A stretch of 26,073 nucleotides of DNA from Prasinococcaceae sp. CCMP 1430 (Eukaryota > Plantae > Prasinodermophyta), in NCBI GenBank assembly GCA_013416795.1, contig RQSC01001221.1, positions 1 to 26,073 of the forward strand. The letters are read 5' to 3'. The translations under genes were made by a program, and so were the position numbers. Every line of letters begins with the position of its first letter. Position 1 is the stretch's first letter. This document shows, piece by piece, positions 10,571 to 21,196 of the stretch. The notes under the pieces were generated by a model. That model searched no databases, was not told where the DNA came from, and saw only the letters and a list, made by a program, of their open reading frames with translations.

Positions 10571-11263
10571 CGCAGAGCGCGCTGCGCAGGCCGTCGCCGT
10601 CGCGATCCGATCCCGACGAGATCCAGATCCGGCTGATGCGGCCTCACACCTCCCCCCTCCACATCGACGTTGCAAATCGACGGAATACCACAGTCTTCCA
10701 AGTTATCATAATTAATGTGAAACATGCGGAACGTGCCCCGAAAGTCCTGCCATCTGCCGTCTGGTACGCTGGGTGTTGGTGGGGATGTCGACGCGGCAAG
10801 TTTTTTTTTGGCCCGATCGAACTCGGACTGACCTGCGACCCCCCCCTTCTTTTCCGCCGAATTAAGGCGCGGATAAAGACGCCGGGGCGGCGCCGAGGCG
10901 AGGTCAGAGCGAACGTCGGCGGGTCCCTCTCTTTTTTTTTTTTGAGGGGTGCGCGAACGCGCGCGCGCGCGGCCGGGCGGCCGCGCGGCCGCGAGTTTAG
11001 GTTTTAGTATTTGAGGTAATATTTAATAGGGTTAACATTTTCCGAGGCAGCGTCGGTGGAGGGGTGCGTGACGACGAGCGAGGGGAGCCGTCGTCCGGCG
11101 TGTCCGCGCTGGCGTCGCCGCCGCTGGCGCCGAGCCTGCGCGTCCCGCTCGCCCTTGCTCGCTCGCTCGCTCGGGGGAGATCGCGCCGCCCCCCTTCCCC
11201 GCGCCCCGGTCGATCGAGCCTGGGTGGGCCGCCGGCCGGCGCCGGCAGTGCGTCTGCGCGAGG

Positions 11264-12626
11264 ATGGAGATCCCCGCACCGCCGCCGCTCGGCTCCGCTG
11301 CGCTGCAGCGCCCTCGGTCGGTCGGTCGGACGCCTCTCCCCTCTCCCACCGTCCTCGTCGTGCGTGCCTCCGCCTCCCTTAACCCCCCCCCCTCCCTCCG
11401 CCTGCTGCGCCCGCGCGCAGAGCCCGAGGCGCGCTCCGCCGAGCGCGACGGCGGCGTCCTCGCGCACGACTTCACGCGCAGACAGGCGGAGGCGCAGGCG
11501 TGGCGCAACTGGGACAAGTTCTACCGCGCCAACGAGGACAGGTTCTTCAAGGTGTGTGCCTGTGCGTGTCCCTGCGTGTGTGCCTACGTGTGTGTGTGTG
11601 TGTGTGTGTGTGTGTCTATTTGCGCGCGCGCGCGCGCGCGTGTGTGTGTGTGTTTGTGTGGGTCTGGGGTAGTGGGGGGAGGCTGTGTGTGCAGTGTGTG
11701 CACCGCGCTGACACGCGCTGGCCGCACGTACAAGGACCGCCACTACTTCGGCGAGGAGGCGCCCGAGCTGCTGGGCGCATGCGCACGCGCCTTCGCGCGT
11801 GGCGAGGCCGTGGAGCCGCGGCTGCTCGAGTGCGGCTGCGGCGCGGGCAACACGGTGTACCCGCTGCTGGAGCTCGCCGCGGAGCTCCACCCGGGCCTGC
11901 CGCTGCGCGTGTCAGCCTTCGACTTCGCGCCGAGGGCTGTTGCGCTCGTGCGCGCCAAGGCGGCGGCGCACGCCGACGGCGCTGTCGACGCCTTCGTGTG
12001 CGATCTCGCCGCGGGTGACGTCGGCGACGCGCTCCCGCGGCGCGTGGGCGTGGGCGCGTGCCACGCCGCCACGCTCGTCTTCGTGCTCAGCGCGCTGGCC
12101 CCCGAGAGCATGCCGGGGGCGGTGCGCGCGGTGGGCGCGTGCTTGGCGCCGGGCGCGTGCGTGCTCGTGCGCGACTACGCCGCGGGTGACCTCGCCGAGG
12201 TGCGTCACATGCCTGCACGCGCACACGCGCACGCATGCACACAAGCATCGACGCAAGCATGGGCGTACGCAAGCGCGTCTGACCCGCGCGTGCGCACGTT
12301 GCCCATGAGCTCACACGCACGTCCACGCATACGTCCACACGCGCGCGCGCGCGCGCGCGCACGCACACACACAGGCACGCCTCGCCGGCAAAGGCGGCGG
12401 TGACTCCGGCAGCAGCAGGAAGCTCGGAGAGCGCTTCTACCGCCGCGGTGACGGCACGCGTGCGTACTTCTTCGAGGAGGCCGAGCTTGTGCGCCTCTTT
12501 GAAGAGCACGCCGGCCTGCGGCTGGTGCGCTCGGCTGTGCAGGCGCGCAACATCGAGAACCGCAGGATGGAGCTCACCATGCGGCGGCGATGGGTGCAGG
12601 CCGTCTTCGAAAGGCCGCGGCGGTGA
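11264..12626 (+). CDS. tRNA N3-methylcytidine methyltransferase, METTL2/METTL6/Trm140 family; exact start uncertain
   Basis: Exons 11264-11551 (possibly with an extra in-frame intron 11325-11420), 11735-12199, 12375-12626. Splicing rebuilds NWDKFY..N..RFFK|DRHY. SAM motif LLECGCGAGNTVYPLL, plus AFDFAPRAV, TLVFVLSAL, RDYAAGDLAE, FYRRGDGTRAYFF and ENRR..LTMRRRWVQAVF. Confidence 0.9.
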
Positions 12627-12990
12627 CGACGCGGGGCGCGTGCGTGCGCGCATGTGCGCGCGCGCGTGCGCGCGCACACCCGCTAAACTAATAAGTGCGT
12701 GCGCGTACAACCACGGCGCGCGTGTGTGCGCGCGTGCGTGCGCGGGCGCGCGGGCGCGTGTGCTGTGTTTGCTCATACTGAAGTTAGAAAACTAGTTGTT
12801 GTCCCTCGCCATTATATAGAACACGTGCATGCTCGCGCGCTCAGGTTGTTGCGTGCGTCGCGCTGCGCGCTCGCAGACAGGAGTGTCTGTGCAGGACACG
12901 CAGACACGCACACACTTGCAGACACAAACACGTGCTTCGCACACTCCATTTTTGCCGGACTCAGTCCGCGCGCGCGCCTCCCTCCGCGGT

Positions 12991-14865
12991 TCAGCGCTTC
13001 ATTTTCTGCTGCTTGACGGCGGCGGCCATGATATTGCCCTGCGCGATCTGCTGTGCGATGTCGCCTACGGCGGCGGGGCCGTGCGGCACGAAGACAGCGC
13101 TGGCGCGAGATGAGCTACCGATGGAGTTGAGCGTGTCAAAGTACTGCGTGGTAAGCACCAGATTGAGCACCTCACGCGCGTCGACGTCGCTGACGTCCGC
13201 CTGAGCAGCGGCCGCGGATGCCACGAGCGCCGAGTCGGCGGAGGCGAAGTGGGCGGTCCGCATTGGCGACACGCGTCAGCCCAACGTGTGGCGGGCGAAA
13301 CCATGCACACTGGCACACTGGCACGCTGGCACAAATAAACAGCCCCGCACCCGAGCGCAAGCGTACGGCCCGTTCGCACCTGGAAGTCGTTGACCGAGTC
13401 GCGGAGCCCGCTGACAATTGCCTGGCGCTGCCTGGCGATGCCTTGTCCCGCGAGGAACTTGGCCTCGGCGTCGGCCTCCGCCGCCTTGACGATCTGTAGC
13501 TTCTCGGCCTCGGCGCGCTCCAGCGTGGCCACGCGCTGGCGGTGCGCGGCGTTGATGTCGTTCATGGCAGCCTTGACGTTGGCGGCGGGCTCAATGTCGG
13601 TGACGAGCGTCTGCAGAATCTCGTACCCGTAGTTGGCCATCGCCTTGCCGAGCTCGTCCTTGACGGCCTGCACGTAAAGTTGCAAACGCACACGCGCACA
13701 CGTACGCAGGCGCGCGCGCGGGCACGCGCGGGAGCACGAGCGCAAAACGGCAAGCGTTAGCGAGGCCATGGAGGCAGGGGCGCTTTCCTTGCACGCTTGT
13801 GTGTCGCGGCCGTCGTCGCAGAGGAGCTCTCGAGGGGCACATCGTCCGTAGCAGACACCGACGCGCACGCGTGCGCACAGTTTCCGCGCACACACCTGCG
13901 CGATCTCCTCCTTGGTGGTGAAAACGTCGTCCAGATCGATGCGCGGAATGTAGCTGCGCACCACGTCGAAGACATACGAGGTGATCTGGCCGCGCGGGTC
14001 GGTCAGCTTGTAGTACGCCTGATAGGCGTCCTCGCGGTGCACCTCGTACTGCACGGCGATGCGCGTCACAACAAAGACGTTGTCCTTCGTCTTGGTCTCG
14101 CATTGCACGTTGAGCTGCTGCACGCGCAGCGACAGGGCGCCCACCACCTGCTCGCCGAGGGGGCAGTTGACGCAGTTGCAGCCCGGCTGCCAGTGCGCGC
14201 AGGCGGCCGCGCGGCGCGAGCGCGCGAATGAGCGTTGTCAGTCGATAGCGCAAATGCGAGCTGTGCTGATGCATTCCTCGCGCACGCACACGCGCCGCCG
14301 CGGTGCGCGCGCGCGCCCCGCGCGCGGCGCGCATTGTTCTCGAGGCGCGGCGCGTGCTCTCGGACTCAGGTTGGCGGGTCCGCACGCTCCACGAGACATT
14401 TTTGGCAACCTCCAGCCAGGCGTGCACTTGATGGCCAAACGCCCGCGCACGCGAAGGTGCGCCACCCGTACGACTTAGCGAAGCAAAAGACTGACATGCT
14501 GCACGCGCGTGCGCGCGCCCTCTCACGCGGACACGCATGATCTCGCGGTCACGCACGCGACGCGCACTGGCGCGCCTACCACACGGCAACGGCACGCATC
14601 GCACGTCATTGCAGCAGAAGGAGGCGCTGCGGTGCACAAAAAAAAAAGCACGCGAGCTTTCAGCGCCCACCCGTGCGGTGGCATTCGCACGCGCACGGAC
14701 GCGCCCCCACGCGCCGCGCGCGGGCCCAGCGCGCGCGCCTCCTCCGCCCCGCGGTGCACGCACCTCGGCGAAGCGCTTGAACTGGCCGAACTGCGTGACC
14801 ACGCCCAGCGCACTCTGCTCGACGCACGCGAAGCAAAAGCAGTTGTTGAACGAGGCGGAGGCCAT
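12991..14865 (-). CDS. Hypersensitive-induced response (HIR)-like SPFH/band-7 protein, 296 aa, 4 exons
   Basis: Exons 14764-14865, 13896-14186, 13380-13667, 12991-13200, all phase 0. Motifs CETKTKDNVFV, YVFDVVRS.IPRIDLDDVF, YGYEILQTLVTDIEP, EAEAKFLAGQGIARQRQAIVSGLRDSV-like, TQYFDTL and AVFVPHGP are typical of plant HIRs. Cys-rich N-terminus. Confidence 0.95.
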
Positions 14866-15324
14866 CGCGACCGCCGCGGGGCGGACGGCGGGGCTTCTCC
14901 CCCCCCCCTTTGGACGCGCGCGGGCGGCCCGTGGGCAGGCGGCGCGAGCTCCTCCTCGGGCGGCGCGGGGGCGCGGGCGGGCGGCGCGTGCGCGGTGTGG
15001 CACGCGCTGCAGCCTCAGGCGTGCGCGCGCGCATTTATTTGTCCCACCGCGCATTTGATATCAAACGACGTCACATTCTCATTCCCACGCGAAAATTCGG
15101 TCGATTGGGAGCTTTTCACGGATTCATTTGGAACGCTGTTTGCAACCGCTCTGATATCACACGACGTCATAGTTTGGATCGAAATTCAATCCGGCGAATC
15201 GGATGCGAGAGAAATTGGCAGCTTCGCATAGGCGGGCGAAGGAAAGGCCGCATGGCCAAAGGCGGAAGCGCCGACTGCCGGTGGGACAGATCAATTTCAT
15301 GCACCCGGTGATACTTACTTTCGA

Positions 15325-15382
15325 CACGACACACACACACACACACACACGCACATATGAACAAGCACACACACACACACAC

Positions 15383-15419
<37 letters not shown>

Positions 15420-15500
15420 TACACACACACACACACACACACACACGTGCTACACACACACACGCACACACGCACACACACACACACACGCAAAGAGCAC
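15325..15500. repeat. (CA)n microsatellite tract
   Basis: Direct reading. Confidence 0.9.
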
Positions 15501-15746
15501 GCACTGGGGCCACGCCGTCGCCAACCGACGCGCGCACCTGCCAATCGCAAACACGCGTCCGCGCGCCTTCGGATTGGGAGCAGTCAAGCAGCGCGTCGAT
15601 TCATGGAGTCTGGTCAGAGGCGCGGAGCGAGACTCAGGGGCAAGTGTCAAACTCAAGTTTTGCGTTCAACAACATTGGCGTGTGTGATCCAGCGACAAGC
15701 GCAACGGCGTCTGTCGCCACGGGTGGCGCGTGGGCCGTGCCGACGC

Positions 15747-16580
15747 TTAGCGGCCGGCATCCGCGACGATGAGCTCCAGCGGCTTCTGCACGGTGGGGGC
15801 GTACACGCCGCTGGCGAACACCAGCGCCACGCCCGAGCCCACGATCACCAGGGTGAGGATCCAGCCGAGGACCACCTTGCCCAGCAGCTTGTAGTTGACG
15901 CCCTTCGAGCCCTCCATCCACGCAACGGCGGAGGTGGCGCCCACCTGGCAATGCGTGGTGGACAGCGGCCAGCCCTGGCGCGAGCCGATGATGATCACCA
16001 GCGCGGCGCCCAGCTCGATGGAGTAGCCGCGCGAGGGCGACAGCTTGGCGATCTTGGTGCCCAGCGCGTGGAGGATCTTGTAGCCGTAGAGCGCCAGGCC
16101 GAGCACGATGCCGAGGCCGCCCAGCGCGAGGATCCAGTAGGCGTCGGCGCCCATGTCGGCCTTCTTCTCCACCTTGCCCGACTTCCAGATGATGTAGATG
16201 GCGGCGTAGGGGCCGATGGCGTTGGCCACGTCGTTGGCGCCGTGGGCGAACGAGTCGCAGATGGCGGTGAGCACCTGCAGGTACTGGAAGACCTTCTCGG
16301 TCTTCTCGTCGAACACCTCGGCGTTCTCGTGGATGGCGCCCACGGTCTCGTCCTCCTCGATGATCTTCTTGGAGTCGGCGTTGAGCGAGTAGGTCATGTG
16401 GTCGCTCATCCTCTTGAAGAGCGTCTTCTTGGTGCCGTCCTCGTTGGTGTCCGACTGGAGCTGCTCCACGTCGAGCACCACCTCCTTGCCGTCGGCCTTC
16501 TTCCAGATGCTGATCTCGCGCCCCTCGTCGATGGCGGCGCGCAGCTTGGGCACCACCAGGAACTGCGCGATGAACGCCAC
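15747..16580 (-). CDS. PHO4/PiT-family phosphate transporter, copy A (C-terminal half only; truncated by N16581)
   Basis: Appears base-for-base identical by eye to the 3' ~830 bp of the complete copy B (19294-20850). Contains the second PiT signature SFAHGANDVANAIGP and GWPLSTTHCQVG. Confidence 0.9.
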   Translation of the reverse strand: MAFIAQFLVVPKLRAAIDEGREISIWKKADGKEVVLDVEQLQSDTNEDGTKKTLFKRMSDHMTYSLNADSKKIIEEDETVGAIHENAEVFDEKTEKVFQYLQVLTAICDSFAHGANDVANAIGPYAAIYIIWKSGKVEKKADMGADAYWILALGGLGIVLGLALYGYKILHALGTKIAKLSPSRGYSIELGAALVIIIGSRQGWPLSTTHCQVGATSAVAWMEGSKGVNYKLLGKVVLGWILTLVIVGSGVALVFASGVYAPTVQKPLELIVADAGR

Positions 16581-16722
16581 NTGGCTGTGCGGCGAAACAA
16601 ATAGACTACAATTCACCGAGCGGAAGCGCGGCAAGCGAGGCGTGCCACGCCGGCCACCTGCACATGCGACTGGCTGACGTCCGCCTCCGCGCGCCGCGGC
16701 ATCCGTGGCTTGCTCTTCTCAG

Positions 16723-17356
16723 GTGGCTCGTGGCAGCCGACGCGTTCGAGCTCGCCGAGCAGTCGTGCGCCCAGGCTGTTTACGGCAAGCTCTCGGGCGA
16801 TGCGTTTCAGAGGGTATGCGAGGCGCTGGGCTCGGAGCCCGCGGAGGTCAGTGTAGCCGAGGGCGCAGGCGCGGGCGACCTGCTGGACGGATGGAGGGAC
16901 ACGTTTCGCCTCCTGCAGGCTAGCGAGATCTGGGGCATGCACGCCGACTTCGTCGAAGGGTGCAAGCCAGACTTCGGCCCGGGCATCAAGGAGCGCTTCG
17001 AGATGGCGAAGGGCGTGCACGGAAACCAGCCTCCAGTCGAGGAGGCCGCGAAGCGTCGCGAGGCCATCACAGAGCACATGGATGCAATGCTTGCTGGCGG
17101 TGCGATCCTCGCAATGCCCACAGCCCCTGGCGCTGCCCCGACCAAGGCGCTGCCCACTGCTGAACTCGAGGTGTACCGGGCGCGCATGCTGGCGCTCACG
17201 GCCATTGCCGGGCTCGCGAGGCTGCCGCAAGTGAGCGTGCCCATCGCCGTCACTGAGGACGGCCCCGTCGGGCTCTCGTTGGTGGCCGCTCGCGGTGAGG
17301 ACGAGATGCTGCTGGCAGCAACGGAGATGCTCGCTGCAGTTGTCGGAATGCAATAA
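16723..17356 (+). CDS. Amidase signature family protein (AMI1/TOC64 amidase-like), last exon; N-terminus lost at N16581
   Basis: Branch GCTGAC near 16672 and acceptor TTCTCAG at 16722. LLQASEIW..H..F..CKPDFGPGIKERF, ILAMPTAPG and LTAIAGLARLPQVSVPI..PVGLSLVAARGEDEMLL match the C-terminal part of plant AMI1/TOC64-type amidases. Confidence 0.85.
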
Positions 17357-17441
17357 CGCTGGGTGGACTCGATACATACACGATGTTGGGCCTGTTGTGT
17401 ACTCAAAAGCAAACTTGTGATTTACTTATCCTGTCATATTA

Positions 17442-17783
17442 TTACTCGACGCTCACGCTCACGACGGCCGCCGTCTCGTGCTCATCGGGGGCGGCGCGCA
17501 TGCCATACTCCCCGATAGCACGGATCGCGACGCTCGCGCGCGAACCCGTCGGTGGCGGGCTGTCCGGGTGCACCGAAAACTTGAGCACTAGCACCGCCCC
17601 TGGCGCAAGGGCACCGGCGCCTGGCTCGACGGTGAGCCAAGATGGCATCGATTGCAGCGGTGCCCCCTGATCCGCGCCCTGGACGCGGAAGAGGAGACCC
17701 TGCTTGCTCATGTTGGCAATTCGCAGCGTGGTGTCGCCGCCCATCATCCTCACTGCCACCTTGTCCGCCTCGGCCCTGATCAT
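17442..17783 (-). CDS. Small protein with MSP/ASH/BACON-like beta-sandwich pattern; start uncertain (open frame extends to 17921)
   Basis: Non-repetitive open frame. TLRIANMSKQGLLFRVQG..SWLTVEPGAGALAPGAVLVLKFSV fits the Ig-like W-L-x-V-x-P-xx-G-x-L-x-PG pattern. First in-frame ATG at 17783. Confidence 0.55.
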   Translation of the reverse strand: MIRAEADKVAVRMMGGDTTLRIANMSKQGLLFRVQGADQGAPLQSMPSWLTVEPGAGALAPGAVLVLKFSVHPDSPPPTGSRASVAIRAIGEYGMRAAPDEHETAAVVSVSVE

Positions 17784-17960
17784 TGCCCCCTTGCCGCTGC
17801 CAGGCTGGCCCAGGCCGCCCACGTTCAGGACGGCGGCGCACGCCCCGTACGCCTTGATCGCCCCGCGCGCCACACGCGCCTCGCCCGCCACCCGCACCCC
17901 CCGACCCCCCCGCGAAGCCAACTCCGCTCACGCCCACGCGCACGGGCTCAGGCGCTCGCG

Positions 17961-19027
17961 ATGACGCCTGCGCCGATCTGGTCGCGGCTGCTGGTGACGT
18001 TCGCGGCGTGCGCAACACTCTCGCTGGGCCTGCGTGACGTGCTTGCGCCCGGCCTCGTGCTGAACTTTGTACCGGGCGACGTGCACGTGCAGGCGGTGTG
18101 GGCGAGCGTGGGAGAGGGGTGGGCAGCGTTGCACGCGCAGCAAATGGCAGGTGCGTGCGGGACGGCCGGCGTGATGCCACCAGCCCCCCCAGGGGGCGGT
18201 TGGCCGCGTCACCTGCGCGAGGTCGCTGCCCGCGCCTGTCCCCTCCGTGCGGGATGTGCTTGTCCCGTGCGCCCTCATCTCACACGCCCACGCTGACCCC
18301 AATCCGTCTTGCGCACCGCCCGGCGCGCCCCTCCCGTCCTCGCCGACGCGCCTCGTCAACCCCTGCCTCCCTGCGGCGCGCTTCGCCTCGGCCCCACGCT
18401 TCGTGCGCTCGCACGCAGGCGTGTTCTGGGTATTCACATCGATCATGAAGCTGGTCGAGATTGGCAGAGATGAGCACAACATGACCATCATGAGGGTGCG
18501 CAACTAGGTGCTAGCGAGACGAGGGACGCTGGCCTCTGTGGCGCCGGCGCACACAGACGCCGGCGCGGCCCACTCATCAGCGGTGCGCAGCCGTCCCACG
18601 CCGCGCGATGCCTCACATGCTCGCGCCCTGACGCCACGCTGCGACGCGCGCTCGCTTGCAATACGCGGCGCAGGTGCTACTCGGCCTGATGGACGCAGGG
18701 CTGCTCTACTTCGTGATTGACCTCTTCTTTCAGGAGCTGCAAACGGGCCGCGGCGACTGCCTCCGCCCGATTATGGCGCTTCAGGCAATCTCTGCGAGCA
18801 CCATGCTGATGACGTGCGTGCAAATGGACCCGCCACCTGCGAAACGGGCGTCGATAAGGACGCGGACACCGGCGCAAGCACCGGCGCCGACGAGCCCAAG
18901 ACCATCACGGAAAAGAAGGAGGAGTAATGGACGCCCGGAAGAGGGGTTGGAAACACGCCCCGAATCGCGCTGCGAGGGCGGTGCACTGGCGCCGCGCGCG
19001 GTCGCCTGCGTGCATGCACAGGAGTAA
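17961..19027 (+). CDS. Orphan multi-pass membrane protein (~206 aa, 3 exons)
   Basis: Exons 17961-18150, 18419-18495, 18674-19027 join in frame, each intron with a CTGAC branch and first-AG acceptor. Hydrophobic segments LLVTFAACATLSLGL, GVFWVFTSIM, VLLGLMDAGLLYFVIDLFF and IMALQAISASTMLMTCV; basic tail RKRRRS. Confidence 0.65.
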
Positions 19028-19293
19028 AACGTTGAAGCTGTGCACATCCACGTCACGGGCTCACGGGGCAGTGGCGGCGTGTCAGCCGCAAGAATCATCT
19101 CCCCCGGGTCGAGCGCGTTCGCGCCGCTCGCTCGCTAGTGAGGACGCAGACATGCAATGAACTCAATGATGTTATTATAATGTATAACTAGCCTATTCCA
19201 CGACCTGATTGAAACCTCAGCGATACGTGCATCTCTACGAGAAGGGCCGAGCCACAACCGTAGCCGCGGAAGGCGCGTGGGCCGTGCCGACGC

Positions 19294-20850
19294 TTAGCGG
19301 CCGGCATCCGCGACGATGAGCTCCAGCGGCTTCTGCACGGTGGGGGCGTACACGCCGCTGGCGAACACCAGCGCCACGCCCGAGCCCACGATCACCAGGG
19401 TGAGGATCCAGCCGAGGACCACCTTGCCCAGCAGCTTGTAGTTGACGCCCTTCGAGCCCTCCATCCACGCAACGGCGGAGGTGGCGCCCACCTGGCAATG
19501 CGTGGTGGACAGCGGCCAGCCCTGGCGCGAGCCGATGATGATCACCAGCGCGGCGCCCAGCTCGATGGAGTAGCCGCGCGAGGGCGACAGCTTGGCGATC
19601 TTGGTGCCCAGCGCGTGGAGGATCTTGTAGCCGTAGAGCGCCAGGCCGAGCACGATGCCGAGGCCGCCCAGCGCGAGGATCCAGTAGGCGTCGGCGCCCA
19701 TGTCGGCCTTCTTCTCCACCTTGCCCGACTTCCAGATGATGTAGATGGCGGCGTAGGGGCCGATGGCGTTGGCCACGTCGTTGGCGCCGTGGGCGAACGA
19801 GTCGCAGATGGCGGTGAGCACCTGCAGGTACTGGAAGACCTTCTCGGTCTTCTCGTCGAACACCTCGGCGTTCTCGTGGATGGCGCCCACGGTCTCGTCC
19901 TCCTCGATGATCTTCTTGGAGTCGGCGTTGAGCGAGTAGGTCATGTGGTCGCTCATCCTCTTGAAGAGCGTCTTCTTGGTGCCGTCCTCGTTGGTGTCCG
20001 ACTGGAGCTGCTCCACGTCGAGCACCACCTCCTTGCCGTCGGCCTTCTTCCAGATGCTGATCTCGCGCCCCTCGTCGATGGCGGCGCGCAGCTTGGGCAC
20101 CACCAGGAACTGCGCGATGAACGCCACGCCGAAGCCCAGGCCGAAGGAGATTGCCACCGAGGTCTCCATCGAGGTGTCGTTGAGGCCCAGGCCCTTGGCG
20201 CCCTTGTAGATGATGAAGAAGGTGTTGATGATGATGGCGCCCGCGATGAAGATAAAGTACACGTTGAAGGCGCGGTTGTAGGAGTTCTCGGCGCGCAGCA
20301 CGAAGGTGCGCGTCAGGAAGAAGATGGCGGCGGCGAAGACGCCCGAGAAGACGGGCGAGAGGACCCACGAGATGACGATGGCCGACACGCCCTTCACGAA
20401 GGGGAAGTCGTCCGCCTCCTTCTCCCACACCACGCAGCCCGCGCCCTTGGCCACCATGGTCATGCCGATCATGCCGCCCACCGCCGAGTGGGTGGTGGAC
20501 ACGGGCAGCTCCAGGGCAGAGGCCACCAGCAGCCAGAGGGCCACCACGAAGATGACGCACATGCAGCCGTACATCAGCAGGTCGGGGGACGCCTCGAAGC
20601 AGTCGTAGTCGGCGATCTTCTTGCGGATGGTGTCGGAGACGTGCGAGCCCAGGAAGGTGGCGCCCAGGAACTCGAAGATGCCCGCCAGGATGACGGCCGA
20701 CTTGATGCTCAGCGCGCCCGAGCCCACCGAGGTGGCGTACGCGTTGGCCACATCGTTGGCGCCGATGCCGAACGCGGCGCACACCGAGAGGATGCCGCCG
20801 AGGACGACGATCCAGGTGTACGAGTCGAGGTCGTAGGTGCCTTCCGCCAT
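19294..20850 (-). CDS. PHO4/PiT-family (Na+ or H+)/phosphate symporter, copy B (complete, intronless, 518 aa)
   Basis: ATG 20850 (MAEGTYDLDSYTW) to TAA 19294. Both PiT signatures are present: AFGIGANDVANAYATSVGS and SFAHGANDVANAIGP; also ELPVSTTHSAVGG and WPLSTTHCQVG. Multiple TM segments and a central cytosolic loop. Confidence 0.96.
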   Translation of the reverse strand: MAEGTYDLDSYTWIVVLGGILSVCAAFGIGANDVANAYATSVGSGALSIKSAVILAGIFEFLGATFLGSHVSDTIRKKIADYDCFEASPDLLMYGCMCVIFVVALWLLVASALELPVSTTHSAVGGMIGMTMVAKGAGCVVWEKEADDFPFVKGVSAIVISWVLSPVFSGVFAAAIFFLTRTFVLRAENSYNRAFNVYFIFIAGAIIINTFFIIYKGAKGLGLNDTSMETSVAISFGLGFGVAFIAQFLVVPKLRAAIDEGREISIWKKADGKEVVLDVEQLQSDTNEDGTKKTLFKRMSDHMTYSLNADSKKIIEEDETVGAIHENAEVFDEKTEKVFQYLQVLTAICDSFAHGANDVANAIGPYAAIYIIWKSGKVEKKADMGADAYWILALGGLGIVLGLALYGYKILHALGTKIAKLSPSRGYSIELGAALVIIIGSRQGWPLSTTHCQVGATSAVAWMEGSKGVNYKLLGKVVLGWILTLVIVGSGVALVFASGVYAPTVQKPLELIVADAGR

Positions 20851-21151
20851 GGCGGGTGGGCGGTAGTGTGTGAGTTTGTGGGTTGGGTTGGGTTGTGGGG
20901 AGGCTGCCCGCGCTGGCAGCGTGCGGTCTGGCGCCCGCGGCACTCGCAGCAGCCCGCTGGGAAAACCATGCTGCACGCAGTACCAGCCGCCGCCGGCCGG
21001 ACGTTCCGCATGGCGCTCGTGGCCACGCGGCGCTCTCGCCGCTTGCGCCGTGCCCGTTCGCCGGCTTCCTCATTATGAAAAGGCCTCCCGCTGGCGCGCG
21101 GCGCTGCGCCCCTCGCGGCGCTGCGTGCCCCTTCGACGGCGCTCTCGCGCC

Positions 21152-21196
21152 CGCGAGGGCATCTCGGCGCCACATGCGCGAGGGCATCTCGGCGCC
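21152..21196. promoter_or_regulatory. 20-bp direct repeat CGCGAGGGCATCTCGGCGCC upstream of transporter copy B
   Basis: Copies at 21152-21171 and 21177-21196, about 300-350 bp upstream of the ATG. The repeat is seen; a regulatory role is inferred from position. Confidence 0.5.

Noticed and set aside
10135-10725. Minus-strand [25 protein letters not shown]..
   Set aside because: Starts in an AT-rich island, has no recognisable motif and runs into microsatellite; no convincing splice model.
4120-14865. Ankyrin + HIR + TSP1/TPR genes as an immune gene cluster
   Set aside because: They are interspersed with housekeeping genes (TRAPPC1, tRNA methyltransferase) and nothing in the sequence links them functionally.
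17784-17812. LGQPGSGKG resembling an adenylate-kinase P-loop
   Set aside because: It lies upstream of the first ATG in G-rich sequence, no other kinase motifs follow, and the downstream sequence looks like a beta-sandwich; probably chance.
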